Source: the human T2T-CHM13v2.0 reference genome, Homo sapiens
DNA: 64,000 nucleotides
Reading direction: 5' to 3' (one strand)
Assembly: GCF_009914755.1 (NCBI RefSeq)
Contig: NC_060934.1
In this document: positions 1 through 11,108 of the stretch, one piece after another
Layout of the letters: each line of letters begins with the position of its first letter
Numbering within the stretch: position 1 is the stretch's first letter
The notes under the pieces: model-generated
Told to the model about the DNA's origin: nothing
Seen by the model: only the letters and a program-made list of their open reading frames with translations
Databases searched by the model: none
Made by a program: the position numbers and the translations under genes

Positions 1-161
1 TCATAAAATGAACCAAAAGATGCTAGAGATGGACTGAGAGAGAAAGCTGAAATAGGGCAGAGAGAGGGAGAAAAGCAGAGGCAGGTGATTGATTTCCTGA
101 TGAAACTGATGAGAGGAAACCACAGGCAAGTCTTAAAGTGGGTGTAAGTCTGTGTGAGAAA

Positions 162-1060
162 TGTTGATGAAAAAAGCCAAACTTTGTAAAATATTTAAAG
201 AGGTTTATTCTGAGATAAATGTGAGTGACCACGGGCCAAGGCACAGTCTCAAGAGCTCCTGACACCATGTGCCCAAAATGGTTGGGTTACAGCTTGGTTT
301 TATACATTTTAGAGAGATGTAATTCACCAATCAATACATGTGAGGTATATATTGGTTCAGCCCAGAAAGGTGGGACAACTCGAAGCACAGGTTCTGAGGT
401 GCTTACAGGTCATAGGTAGATTCAAAGATTTCCTGACCTGCAATGGGTTGAGAGTTAAGTTATTACCTAAAGACCTGGAATCAATAGAAAGGAGTGTCTG
501 TCAAAAGATAAGGCATTGTGGAGATCAAGGTTCTTATTACATAGATGAAGTCTCATAGAGGACCAACCTTAGAGACAATAGATGATCTATTTAGACCTTT
601 AAGAGGTGCCATACTCTCAGTTAGTCTCTTCACAGTTGGGAAGGCCTGGAATGGGAGAGATCTATTTACGTTAATATAGATTCTTTACAGATGCATATTT
701 CCCCCCACAGAAGACAGTTTTGCAGGACCATTTGAAAATATGGCAAATAAACATATTTGAGGTAAAATATTTTGATTTCCTTCTTTATGTGTCATGTGAT
801 GTCAGACTAGAGTCAGGTTGGAATTAGATATCTTATTGATACAAAGAGTCTGTTTTGTCAGTCTTAAGATCTCTGTTTTAATGTTAATGCTGATCAGTTG
901 CACCTGAACTCCAAAAGGAAGCGAGTAGAAAGAAGCATGTCTGACCCTCTCTTTTCTGTCATGGCCTGACCTACCTTTTCAGGTTTCCTTGGGTTTGCTT
1001 GGCTCAGAGTGAGATCCATTCAGTCAGTTGAGGGGCTTAAAATTTTATTTTTGATTTACG
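162..1060 (-). mobile_element. ERV1 solo LTR, MER4 family (MER4B/D-like)
   Basis: TG...CG(CA) ends. The minus strand begins (T)GTAAATCAAAAATAAAATTTTAAGCCCCTC like the MER4 LTR 5' end. Flanks GAAA/GAAG form a degenerate 4-bp TSD. Confidence 0.8.
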
Positions 1061-1109
1061 GAAGTGTTTCCAGAGACAGATCAATTAGTCATGAAAGATC
1101 AAAAGGGAG

Positions 1110-1666
1110 TTTATGAATAAGTAATTCAAAATAAAAGCTATTGGAAATTTAAACTATTTTGAGCCTTAAAGGAATGTGATTATGGGCCCTTAGTCATGTG
1201 ACAGGCAGCTGTAACCTTTGTTCCTCTGATTGTAGATTAGCCTTTTGTTTATCTACATTGTTTTGCAAAATGTTGTAAAAGACTAAAGGGTGCCAGAGAA
1301 GACCCCCTTCCCTTTCCACTGTTGATTTTCATTATAGATTAACTTCCTTTTTTTTCTTTTATACAAAGGCCTCAAAACTATCACATCACATTGTCTATGA
1401 TGGAATGTTAAATATATTCTTAAATTGGAAAAGGAAAACAACTGTAACTAACCAAACTGCTGTAACTCATAAACCAGCCTTTTGTGAAAAATGTTGTAAT
1501 CTTGTCATTGATTTGTTTTCTGCCTATATAAGCATGAATTGTCAGCTTTGGAGCACTTACCTTGTTTCTTTGGAGTCTGCGTTAGTCGAGTGGCTATTCT
1601 CAGCTTTGCAATTGAATAAACTCTTTTAAAATGGATTATGATTATTTTTATTATTTCAGGTTGAAA
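1110..1666 (+). mobile_element. ERV1 (MER4-group) solo LTR
   Basis: Has CCTATATAA and an AATAAA near the 3' end. Clearly homologous to the minus-strand LTR at 39726-40302 (shared AAGTAATT...TTTTGAGCCTTAA..GAATGT). Confidence 0.7.
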
Positions 1667-2002
1667 GGAAGAAGCAAAAATATCAGGCTAGATGAATTCC
1701 TAACAGGAAACAATATCTGGGTATTGAAAGAAGTGCAGTTGAAGAAACATATGGATGGCTGTGAGTTGTGTGTGTACCCGGAGTTTGCTAGGTCAGGAGT
1801 TTATTTCTCAATGAACATATGTACAGGGGTTTAATGGTTCTGGTCTATCTTTTAGAATATAACTGATTAGTTATTTATTTTGTCCTAGAAATATCTACAT
1901 ATGTTTTAATCTTGGAAGAGACCTAAAATATTTTTAGTGATAAACAAATACTTTTGCTGCTAAAAGTGCAAAAATCACACACTCTGGCTTTCCTGTTCAT
2001 GC

Positions 2003-2364
2003 TTTTTCACTTTTTCATCTTTTGTTTTAGAATCAGGAGTTAGATGTGCAGGTTTGTTACAAAGATATATTGTGTGATGCTGATATTTGAAGTGTGAATG
2101 AATCTGTCGCCCAGATAGTGAACATAGTAACCAAAAGTTAGTTTTTCACCCTTGCTTCCCTACCTTCCTCCTCGTATTGTATTCCCCAGTGTCTATTATT
2201 CCCACCTTTGTGTCTATGTGTATCCAATGCTTAACTCCTACTTGTAAGTGAGAATATGTGGTATTTGATTTTCTGTTCCTGAATTAATTCACTTAGTATT
2301 ATGGCTTCTAGCTGCATCCACATTGCTACAAAGGACATGATTTTCTTCTTTTTTTATGGCTGCA
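2003..2364 (-). mobile_element. L1 3' end fragment (old L1PA/L1PB type)
   Basis: Typical antisense L1 3'UTR motifs GTGCAGGTTTGTTAC, GTAAGTGAGAATATGTGGTATTTG and GCTGCATCCA..TTGCTACAAAGGACATGATT. Confidence 0.85.
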
Positions 2365-2461
2365 AATTTATTTCAATTATAATTTTATTATCTATGGAAT
2401 AGGTACCCTAATACTCATATATGAGCATGAGTATTTGGAGGAATTTAGGAGGTAAGGGAGA

Positions 2462-3030
2462 TGTTAGAAAAGAAAAATAGCTCAGACCAGTCTGAGCTAT
2501 GTCAGGCATGAAAAAATTGTCAGGTCCAGAAATACATGAGAGTGGGACTCTACTTATAGCCCCCCACCCCCATATCCTCACACATGCATGGGTGTTTAAA
2601 GAATTTCTGTTTTTGATTAGCTGCCTCACCCGTTATCTTTATGTTCCTGGAATTTGTGATGCAAATAATGATGTATAGCCAATCAATAGCTTCTGTAAAT
2701 TCTTGGTGAACTGCATCTTCTTTTCCTTTAAAAAAATCTCCTTTTTTTTTTTTCTTTCTTTTTGTAGAGAGGGGGTCTCCCTGTGTTGCTTGGGTTGGTC
2801 TTAAACTCCTGGGCCCAAGAAATCCTCCTGGGCATCTCAAAGTACTGAGATTGCAGGCGTGAGCCACTGCACACAGCTTTAAAACCTGCTTGTCACTGTT
2901 GTTAATCAGAGTGTTTTTGGGGCTACTTCAATTTATGCTCCCAGGTTGCAATTCTCAGGCTTGACCCAAATAAACTCTCTGCTTATATTGATCTTGCCTC
3001 AGCTTCTTCCTTTTAGTTGGTTTGATATTT
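2462..3030 (+). mobile_element. ERV1 solo LTR interrupted by an Alu monomer
   Basis: Starts TGTTAG..AAATAGCTCAGACCAGTCTGAGCTATG, has a CCAAT box (AGCCAATC) and AATAAA near 2969. Confidence 0.65.
2741..2877 (-). mobile_element. FLAM / Alu monomer
   Basis: Poly-T followed by an antisense Alu left-arm sequence ending CAGGCGTGAGCCACTGCAC. Confidence 0.85.
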
Positions 3031-3707
3031 AACATTGTGTCTGGCGTATGGTAAGTACTTAATAAATGGTAGCTGTTGTTAATTTTTTGTATTTGCTCTG
3101 TGTCAGAACTGCTGTTTGATTTCTTATTGTAGCAGCTGAAAGAACAAAAGCATTCATCCTTCTTGGATTTGCATTTTGCAGTGTAAGCAGGTGGTAAATA
3201 TGTGCCTTCAGGCATCCCCCTTGGGTACGTAATCCTATATTCCTGGCCTGAGTTCAGTTCCATAGATTTTATCTCCCAGAGATATTTGGAGAGATAAATA
3301 TATAACAACGAAGAAATAAAGAAGAGTTTCTTCCATAGACAAGTTTAGAACTGCATTTGGAGAACAGTGACAGCTATCCAGTACTCCCATGGGCTAACTG
3401 ACTTAGAAAAGACATTAAAAGGAAAATAAATGAAATTGAGAAATTTCAGTAATTATTTCTAGAAATTCCTCTACATCATAGACCACCAGTTGGCAAGTGC
3501 TTCTGTTAGAGAGATAGAATGGAGGAAGACATTGTGATACAGAAACCTGTAGCTGTCCCTTTGAAATTCACTCTTTCCTTACTAATAGAAATAGGAGAGT
3601 ATTGGCTGACCTTCCTTATAGTTGATGATGGCCATTTGACACCGTTCTTTCCAGTGAGATATAAGTGAAAATTATGCTGCCATAGGGGCAGGAAAAATAA
3701 TAATTTT

Positions 3708-3988
3708 GGACAGGAGCTGTGGCTCATGTCTGTATTCCCAACACTTTGAGAGGCCAAGGTGGGAGGATCATTTGAACAAGGAGTTTGAAATAAGCCTGGG
3801 CAACATGGTGAGACACCGTTTATACCAAAATTTTAAAAAAGTAGCCAGATGTGGTGGGACATTCCTGTACTCCCAGCTAGTGGGGAGGCTCAGGAGGGAG
3901 GATCATTTGAGCCCAGGAGATAGAGGCTGCAGTGAGCCATAATTATGCCACTGCATTATAGCCCAGGTGACAGTGAGACCCCATCTCA

Positions 3989-4020
<32 letters not shown>
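3708..4020 (+). mobile_element. AluJ with (AAT)n tail
   Basis: Dimeric Alu with AluJ-type GGATCATTTGAGCCCAGGAG. Flanking AATAATAATTTT TSD. The tail has become an (AAT)n microsatellite. Confidence 0.92.
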
Positions 4021-4021
<1 letters not shown>

Positions 4022-4053
4022 TTTCTCTCTACTAAGTTCTTAACTGAGAACAC

Positions 4054-4898
4054 TGTAACAAAAGGCAGTTTAGTAAGAGGAAAACACAATTTTATTTACA
4101 TCTATACCTCATATATGCATGTATAAACTAAAAATAAAATTCTAAGCCCCTTAGCTGACTGAAGGGACCATCTCTTGGCCAAGGGAACCTCAAAGTAGAC
4201 TTGAAAACTGTGTTCTAGGCCATGATGAGATGGGAAGGTTGGACATGCCTCATTATACCCCACTGCTTGCTTATTGCAATTAGGCTTTCTTCACTAAGGC
4301 CTAAACAAAAAGTAGCCCTTTCAAAAGACTCCACCACTAATATCCACCAACTGCCTGTTGCTTCCCCTCCTTTTTTTACCTGTTAAGAGACCACTGACCA
4401 TGGAGGAGTTCTGGCCAGTCTATGGAGAATGCCCAATAAGAGTTTTTGTGTCCTCTCCTTTATTTTTTGACATCAGAGGGCTGAAAACTCCACCCTCAGA
4501 TCACCACTAGTTTTTGAACATGGAGACTCGTGAAGCTGTATTGCACATGTGTGCACATGTGGACACACACACACACAATTTCTCCTTTCATAAATATTTA
4601 TGACTCCTCCTACTGCTTATTGAATATGTATATGTGGCCACCCTACTCAGAATAAATCCCTGTTCCCTTTGACCCTTCCTCAAAGTATCTGTTTCTGGCT
4701 TCTGGCTGGAGGCTATGCTTCCCAGTCTATCAGAATGGCTACCTGCAAGCTATAATCCTCTATAAGAAACAAAGTCTCCTCTTCTCGTTTTCTACATTTA
4801 TAAGTTGTGTTTTTCTTTTAAGCTAACACATGGGAGATACTAGGAGAAAATGAGGTGGCTTAGAATTCAGGCTTGAAACCATTTTCAGCTAAAGACAA
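4054..4898 (-). mobile_element. ERV1 LTR fragment split by the MER4E-like LTR
   Basis: LTR-like sequence at 4054-4121 resumes at 4829 (CATGGGAGATAC...GGCTTAGAATTCAGGCTT). Confidence 0.5.
4122..4828 (+). mobile_element. ERV1 solo LTR, MER4E-like
   Basis: Starts TATAAACTAAAAATAAAATTCTAAGCCCC (MER4 5' end) and ends TAACA. Perfect CATG TSD at 4118-4121 and 4829-4832. Confidence 0.85.
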
Positions 4899-4904
4899 AT
4901 GGAA

Positions 4905-5522
4905 TTGTCACAATATACCCCAACAGACAGACCAAATGGACTTTCTGTGGCTACAATGAGAAAAAGCAAAACAACAACAACAAAAAAAACCCTAAAACAA
5001 ACAAACAAACAAACAAACAAAAAACTCCAGAATTTCATGGCTAGTAGGATGAAGGATTGTTCATGTATCCTGTTGTTGTTAATTTACATAAGGTTTCTTT
5101 TCTGTAATTAAACAGAAACCAGCTCCTGAAAAACATTGCCAAAACAACTATAATTGAAAAATTTTCCAACCAATACTAATAAATCACTGGACTCCAACTG
5201 TCAATGCCCTTTCCTTGCCTTGTGGTCCTGCCAGCACTCTGATTGGACAAAGACCGTTTTTATCACATTCTTTATTGATAAGTGACCATAGATCTTAAGC
5301 CAGTTTCAGTCAGCTTGCAGAGACTATGCCCAAATTCTTTTTGCCCTAGAGTTTACCTTTTGACATAAACAGTCAAATCCCAGCTGAAACCTCACCCCCA
5401 GGTCAAAATGGAATGTATGTTACATACAAGTTTATCCAATTTTCAAGCACATGACTTCCCCTATAAATATTCATAGAATTTTCCCAACCGTGCTCTGTAT
5501 GTATTTAAGACTGACTCTGTGA
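4905..5522 (+). mobile_element. ERV1 LTR, 3'-truncated
   Basis: LTR-type motifs ACCAAATGGACT..TGTGGCTA, CTGATTGG and AAATATTCAT. Contains an (AAAC)n run at ~4966-5022. Ends abruptly at the next LTR. Confidence 0.5.
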
Positions 5523-5524
5523 GA

Positions 5525-6408
5525 GTTTTTTGGTGGGTAGGTCTATGCAAACCAACCCCAAAGTCCCAGGAAGCTGAGAGGCTGAAGAAAGAGGTTGATA
5601 CATCTGGTATCTAGAAACATTTAATAGGGACTTAGAAACAGAAGCCACACCTGTGGCTTGTGCAGCAGTGAGGCAAGATGATGGGTTCCCACACTATTAG
5701 CCCCCAGACCCAGAGGGGTTTATCTATTGTAGGGGAGATTACATGTAGAGGAGAGGTGCACATGCTTCAGAGGGAATGGGTAGAAATTTGCCCTAATAGC
5801 AGGATTTATGATAAGTACTTGTTCTTACACAAGGGACAGTAGATAAATTGGAAACCTCAGAGGCCCTCCAGAACTGGGGTTAATCAGAAGCCAACATGGC
5901 AGATTAGCATCCAAGATGGAGTTGCTTTAGCCTCCAGATTCCACTCCACTAATTTGGCTTTTATAATCTCACACACCCTCATCTTCTGTTATGGTCTCTG
6001 AGCATTTAGGGAGAGTACTTGATAGGATATAGGTTTAGCAGAAGTGCATTGGTGATGGGAAACAGATCAGGCCCAGTGGGGTTCCAAATGAAGAAGATTC
6101 ATAGGCTATTGAATCACCTCTAGTCTTCAGAATATCATGCCTTCAGTTTCTTAGAAGTAAAACAACGAGAGATACACACCATTATATGCCAGTTTTTAAA
6201 GAGCATGAAGAAAACTAAAACCCAGCTCTTTTTTAGAGGCCTCTTGTAGCCAGCAAATAGTTCAGAATTTAGCCTAAATTGTAGGAAAATAATAAAAATT
6301 CAAAAACAATGGTCAGGACCTAGAATCCAATTTTTTCTCTCTCCAATTTCTTCATTTCTACCAAGGATAAATTATGGCAGGAACAATTTATTTGCAAAAT
6401 TTTAGTCT
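5525..6408 (-). mobile_element. ERV1 3' LTR (~5525-5938) plus adjacent MER4-int-like internal sequence
   Basis: The minus-strand LTR begins TGGAGGCTAAAGCAACTCCATCTTGGATGCTAATC and is preceded by a purine tract (TTAGTGGAGTGGAA, PPT). The rest resembles MER4-group internal DNA. Confidence 0.65.
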
Positions 6409-6409
6409 T

Positions 6410-7092
6410 GTTATAGTGAGACATAATAGACCAGCTCCCCCTTCCTTCTGTGAAGCATGCACTTTCAAATTTTCGCAAAAGTCGCATTTCCCCAATTTTG
6501 GTGTTTCAATTTTTTCTCTTCTATAGTTCAGTGAGTGGGAGGGAGTGGTGCCAGTGGCTTCTCTCCTGTTTGGCAAGCAGGAGAGAATGTTACTGCTCTT
6601 TTACTACCACTGCTCACAGCTCGGCAAGCAGGAGCATTACAGGTCTTTTGCTTCCACAGTTCGACGACTTCCAGGTTCTTGTCCTGCAACCAAGAAAAAT
6701 AAGATATGCAGACACCTGAAAGTGAGTAAGGCAGTAGAATTTTATTGAGCTACAGAAAGAAAGCTGTCAGCCACACAAGCAGAATGAAAGTGGGTAGCAG
6801 CCTGTGAGGCTGAGTCCAGGGTTTTTATGGGCTTAGAAGAGGTGAGTGTGTACTGATTCGTCTGTGTATGGTCTTGGAAAAATCACTTTTCAGTTGGCTA
6901 AAAGGCTTCATTCAGAAGGAACCAACTGAGCGTGGGTAAGATGGGAATAGAAGTTCTCACTCTGGTCAGGGACTCTATCTGGAACTGGCAGCTCAGTTTT
7001 CAGGCTTTAAACTGTCTTTGGCTTGAAGGTTAGGTTTCACTGGGAATCTGTCTCTGTCTGCCTATGAATATGTCTGTCTCCTGCTGCTATCA
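6410..7092 (-). mobile_element. ERV1 3' LTR (LTR27/LTR28/MER52-like)
   Basis: Minus strand begins TGATAGCAGCAGGAGACAGAC, preceded by PPT CAGATGGGGAT. AATAAA on the minus strand near 6741-6746. The left boundary is approximate. Confidence 0.75.
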
Positions 7093-7850
7093 ATCCCCCA
7101 TCTGAAGAGGTACATCTAGCTGTTAGGATAGGGACAATGACCGTTCATACTGACAGGGAGCATTGTTTTGGGAAAATGGCAGTCAGATATCATTCAGAGA
7201 CCTGTAAGTGTCCCTGATAAAAAGGAAGCCATCATCTAAGGCTCCATTTGCATGACCCTTTGGAGTTTGATGGCCTTTAGGCAAGAAGAAACAAATTTTA
7301 CAAGGGGGTTAAGTATGCATGGACCAAATATAAGTATTATACAAAGAGGAGCTAAAAGGGAACATTTAGTGCCAGAGATAAAAGAAAAAAGTAAAGTAGA
7401 CTAATTATTCTGAAAACAATGTTGTGGCCAGAACTGTTTCACCCTTGTGAAGGAAACTAAATCTTGTATGGGGGAGGATAGTTACATTTTAGAAGAGAGA
7501 TAGTTGTTTAAGGGAGTAGATAATCCCATGGGTGTTCAGGATTAAGGGGTCCTTGGCAAAGACACCTTATAGTGAGGAACAGAATGAAGATAAGAACAGC
7601 AATCATAGACAGGACTATAAAGAGGATATCCATGAAAGGTTAATTATAAACACTTACCTTTTATGACTTTTAGCTTGAGGTCTCTGATTTCTGCACACTG
7701 GTGCTTTTGGTGCTCTTCTGGGCCAACAGAGGTAATTCTATCATTTCCCCAGGCCTTTGCTTGAGTGTAATGAACCTATTCCAGTGACCTTCACTAATGA
7801 AGGAGGAGAAAGAAGTATAGTGTAATGTTCCTCCCACTCCAGGCATACTG
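7093..7850 (-). pseudogene. ERV1 internal remnant: integrase C-terminus and env TM tail (MER52-int/HUERS-P3-like)
   Basis: Minus 7349-7236 reads PLCIILIFGPCILNPLVKFVSSCLKAIKLQRVMQMEP* (env TM). ~7840-7750 reads WEEHYTILLSPPSLVKVTGI..HYTQAKAWG (gamma-type IN end). Confidence 0.8.
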
Positions 7851-8054
7851 GAATATTAATGTTTGAAGAGGAAACAGAAGTTATTCATCTAAGCATTGCC
7901 ATTTCTAGCCAGAATTTTGAGGGAAGGCTCTGGGTTTGGAGTTAATAATTTAGTTCTACATTTCGTATTTGCCATTCTGTAGTTTTATGATTTGGGGTAG
8001 ATTATTTAACTTTCTCACATAAAATATATTTTACCTAACCTGCTAAACCTTACC

Positions 8055-8359
8055 TTATTTATTTTTTTTTTTTTTTTGAGACATGGTCTCATTCTGTAAT
8101 TGATCCTGGCGTGCAGCGGTATGATCACAGCTCACTGCAGGCTCCACTTCCCAGGCTCAAGTGATCCTCCCACCTCAGGCTCCTGAGCAGCTGGGACTAC
8201 AGGTGCACACCACCCACATCCAGCTAATTTTTGTATTCTTTGTAGAGATGGGTTTTCTCCATGTTTCCCAGGCTGGTATCAAACTCTTGGGCTCAAGTTA
8301 TCTGCTTACCTCAGCCTTCCAAAGTGCTGGGATTATAGGTATGAGCCACCACACTCAGC
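8055..8359 (-). mobile_element. AluJ
   Basis: Poly-T plus a full antisense dimeric Alu with diverged J-type positions. Confidence 0.92.
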
Positions 8360-9343
8360 TTAGTCTGAAGTTTCTTATATATAGAATGCTAAGGATAGCT
8401 GGTGTGCTGTTTATCTTTCAGAATGGAATTAATAGATGAGAACCCTTTGTATGAAAATATGCAAACAAAAGGACAAAAAGTTACTTCTGTACCCTCTGTA
8501 GTCCCTTAAGGAAATAACTTATTTTTTGTTTCCTTTACCAGGAATTTATATTCTAACAGTTCCTCCTTATTGGCCATTAGTAAAATTCCCAGGTGTCTAT
8601 TTCAGGGCTTCAGACAATCAAGTACTTATTAAGAACTTACATATTCTTAGTATTTTTGTATTAGACATTAAGATTTTATGTTCCACTTAGAAGATTAAGA
8701 ATAATAGGTCTAAATATACTGTAGCACATACACTTCTTTGTTTTGAAAGGCTTAACCAATCATTTGTTACTGTTTTTCCGTTTTTGTCTTGTGTAATAAA
8801 AACACCTAAAAATAAACACAGAAACAAACATAAACCAGTATTAGATCGTTCCATTGCAAGGAAGTAAATACTTAATCAAGATAGTAACTGCTTCTTAAAA
8901 TGGCAGGTATATGTCATGTGCTCACACTCCCACATTGCCTTAAGTTGTTCATTCTCAGAAGTAAATGAAAAGCCAGCCAAGGTCTCAGATTTAATATCAA
9001 TATTCTATTTAGACTCAAATATGTGTACCTTGGGTCCAAGTAGGCACATCTAAGCCCATGTATTTTCTTTTATAAAATGATCATATTGCAACTCTTTGCT
9101 TTCATATTATGTATTTCAGAAATAACAAAAACATCAGATAATGACTTTCCAATGTTTTTTCATGATGAAAAATGTCTGGATATATGGAACTCACTTTAGT
9201 TTCCATATGTACATATCTAGCTATGTAACAAAAATGTGTCACACACATATGACACAGAAATTAGATGTGTTAAATATGAGACTGCTTTCTGGTTTGCTAT
9301 TTTATCTTAATAGTATATAGACATACTCTCATGAATCTTTAAA

Positions 9344-9657
9344 TTTTATTTTTGTTTATTTACTTATTTATTTTGAGACAGGGTCCAGCTCTGTTACCCA
9401 TGCTAGAGTGCATTGCACAATCATGGCTCACTGTGGCCTCGAACTCCTGGGTTCAAATGATCCTCCCACTTCAGCCTCTGGATCAGCTAGGACTATAGGT
9501 ATGTGTCACCATGCCCAGCTAAATTTTGTATTAATTTTGTAGAGACAGGGTCTCGCTATGTTGCCCAGGCCAGTTTCCAACTCCTAGCCATAAGTTTTCC
9601 TCCTACCTTGGCCTCCCAAAGTGCTAGGATTACAGGCAGAAGTCACGGTGCCTGACC
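9344..9657 (-). mobile_element. AluJ
   Basis: Antisense dimeric Alu containing AATCATGGCTCACTG (J-type). Confidence 0.92.
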
Positions 9658-9776
9658 CACTTATAATTTCTTCAGGTGAGTTATGGGGGAAAGTGTTATT
9701 GTCTCAGTTGATGTAGGGAAATCCACATGCAATCTAAGACCTCAATGGGATATTAAACTTAACCTTATTCTCAATA

Positions 9777-10203
9777 TGAAACCAGCCCAATTGTCACATG
9801 TAAATGATATTTATGGATTTTTGAAAAAAATAGAAATTGATCCTCCCAGTCTTAAGACATGAAATTTACATTTGTATCATCTGAGTTCCTTCCTTAGGAA
9901 ACTGACCAGATCACAATATCCAGACAATGAGAAGCCAGCCCATTCATTTGCTTCCTTATCACTCCCTAATTCCTTTCCATAGGTAGCTATCCCTTCCCCC
10001 ACATAGCTCTTCTTTTCCCCACTATATAAACCTCTCAATTTTAGCTAGTCCGGGAGATGAATTTGAGACTTATTTTCCTTTCTCCTGGTTGGTGTCACCC
10101 AAATAAAAAGACTTCTTCCCTGGTAATACTTGTTGTCTCGATAATTGGCTTTCCGTCCAGTAAGCAACAGGACCTAGATGAAATCCCTGGAGTTTCAGTA
10201 ACA
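9777..10203 (+). mobile_element. ERV1 solo LTR (LOR1-like)
   Basis: Runs TGAAACCAGCCCAATTGTC...GTAACA, with TATATAAA at ~10023 and AATAAA at ~10102. Flanks AATA/CATA. Confidence 0.75.
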
Positions 10204-10478
10204 CATACTTGCACCACTCTCAGGAACATCCTTAGGTTTTCTTGAGAAAAACTGAAGGGAACACATATATGAATCTGCCTTACAGAATCCAAAAAAATGG
10301 CATTTATCTTGTTTATCTACAATGTCTGAAGCTGAGGTCAAAGAATTGAACTTTTATGAAAGTAAAAAGATTTTCCTCTCCACTTTTGTAGCACTCTTCG
10401 TTTCTTTTCAATTAGGTACCCTCTCCCACTCCATTACTTTAATATTCTGCCCTTAACCTAACTGATGAGCTGAGAAGT

Positions 10479-11108
10479 TGAGACAGAGTAGGGATGGGAC
10501 TCAGCACGTGCCAGACCTGGCCCTTTCACCCTCACACATGCATTTTTTCCATACCCACCAATTGTCACAGCTTACACCACCACCTCTACTGGAGCCACTC
10601 CTGATGATCACAAGACCTTGAAAAAACTAAGATAAGCAGCACCCTACCATAAATATTAAGGGAGTTAAAAAGCAACTTCTCACCACAACCCTTGCTCAGA
10701 GGAGTTGACCCTATTGTGTGCAGGTGGCTGCACACAAGAGCAGAAGAATGACCTATCTTCGTGCCTGACCTCATTATAATACTAAAATCCACACCCAGGG
10801 AGAGGCTTATCTACCATTTTGTGATAATGTAGTGTATGTACTAACATGATTTCTCACTGTGCTTGTGTGACCTGAGCTCCACCCTGCACATGTAACGATT
10901 GTCACATACCTCATACATACTCATGTCACCTTTCCTAAAAACACAGCAAAGGCCTGCCCTTAGCCAGCTGACTGGAGAACTCACGTGCCTACCTTGGCTC
11001 CCTGGTATTGGAACATAAGCCACTAATAAAGGGCCTTGTCTGGGAAACTTGCTTGGCTTTGTGTCAATTTCTATTGCACAGGAGCCTAAGAACCTGTGGT
11101 CAGTAACT
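10479..11108 (+). mobile_element. ERV1 solo LTR (MER66/MER73-like)
   Basis: Starts TGAGACAGAGTAGGGATGGG, has AATAAA at ~11025, and ends AAGAACCTGTGGTCAGTAAC. Confidence 0.65.
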
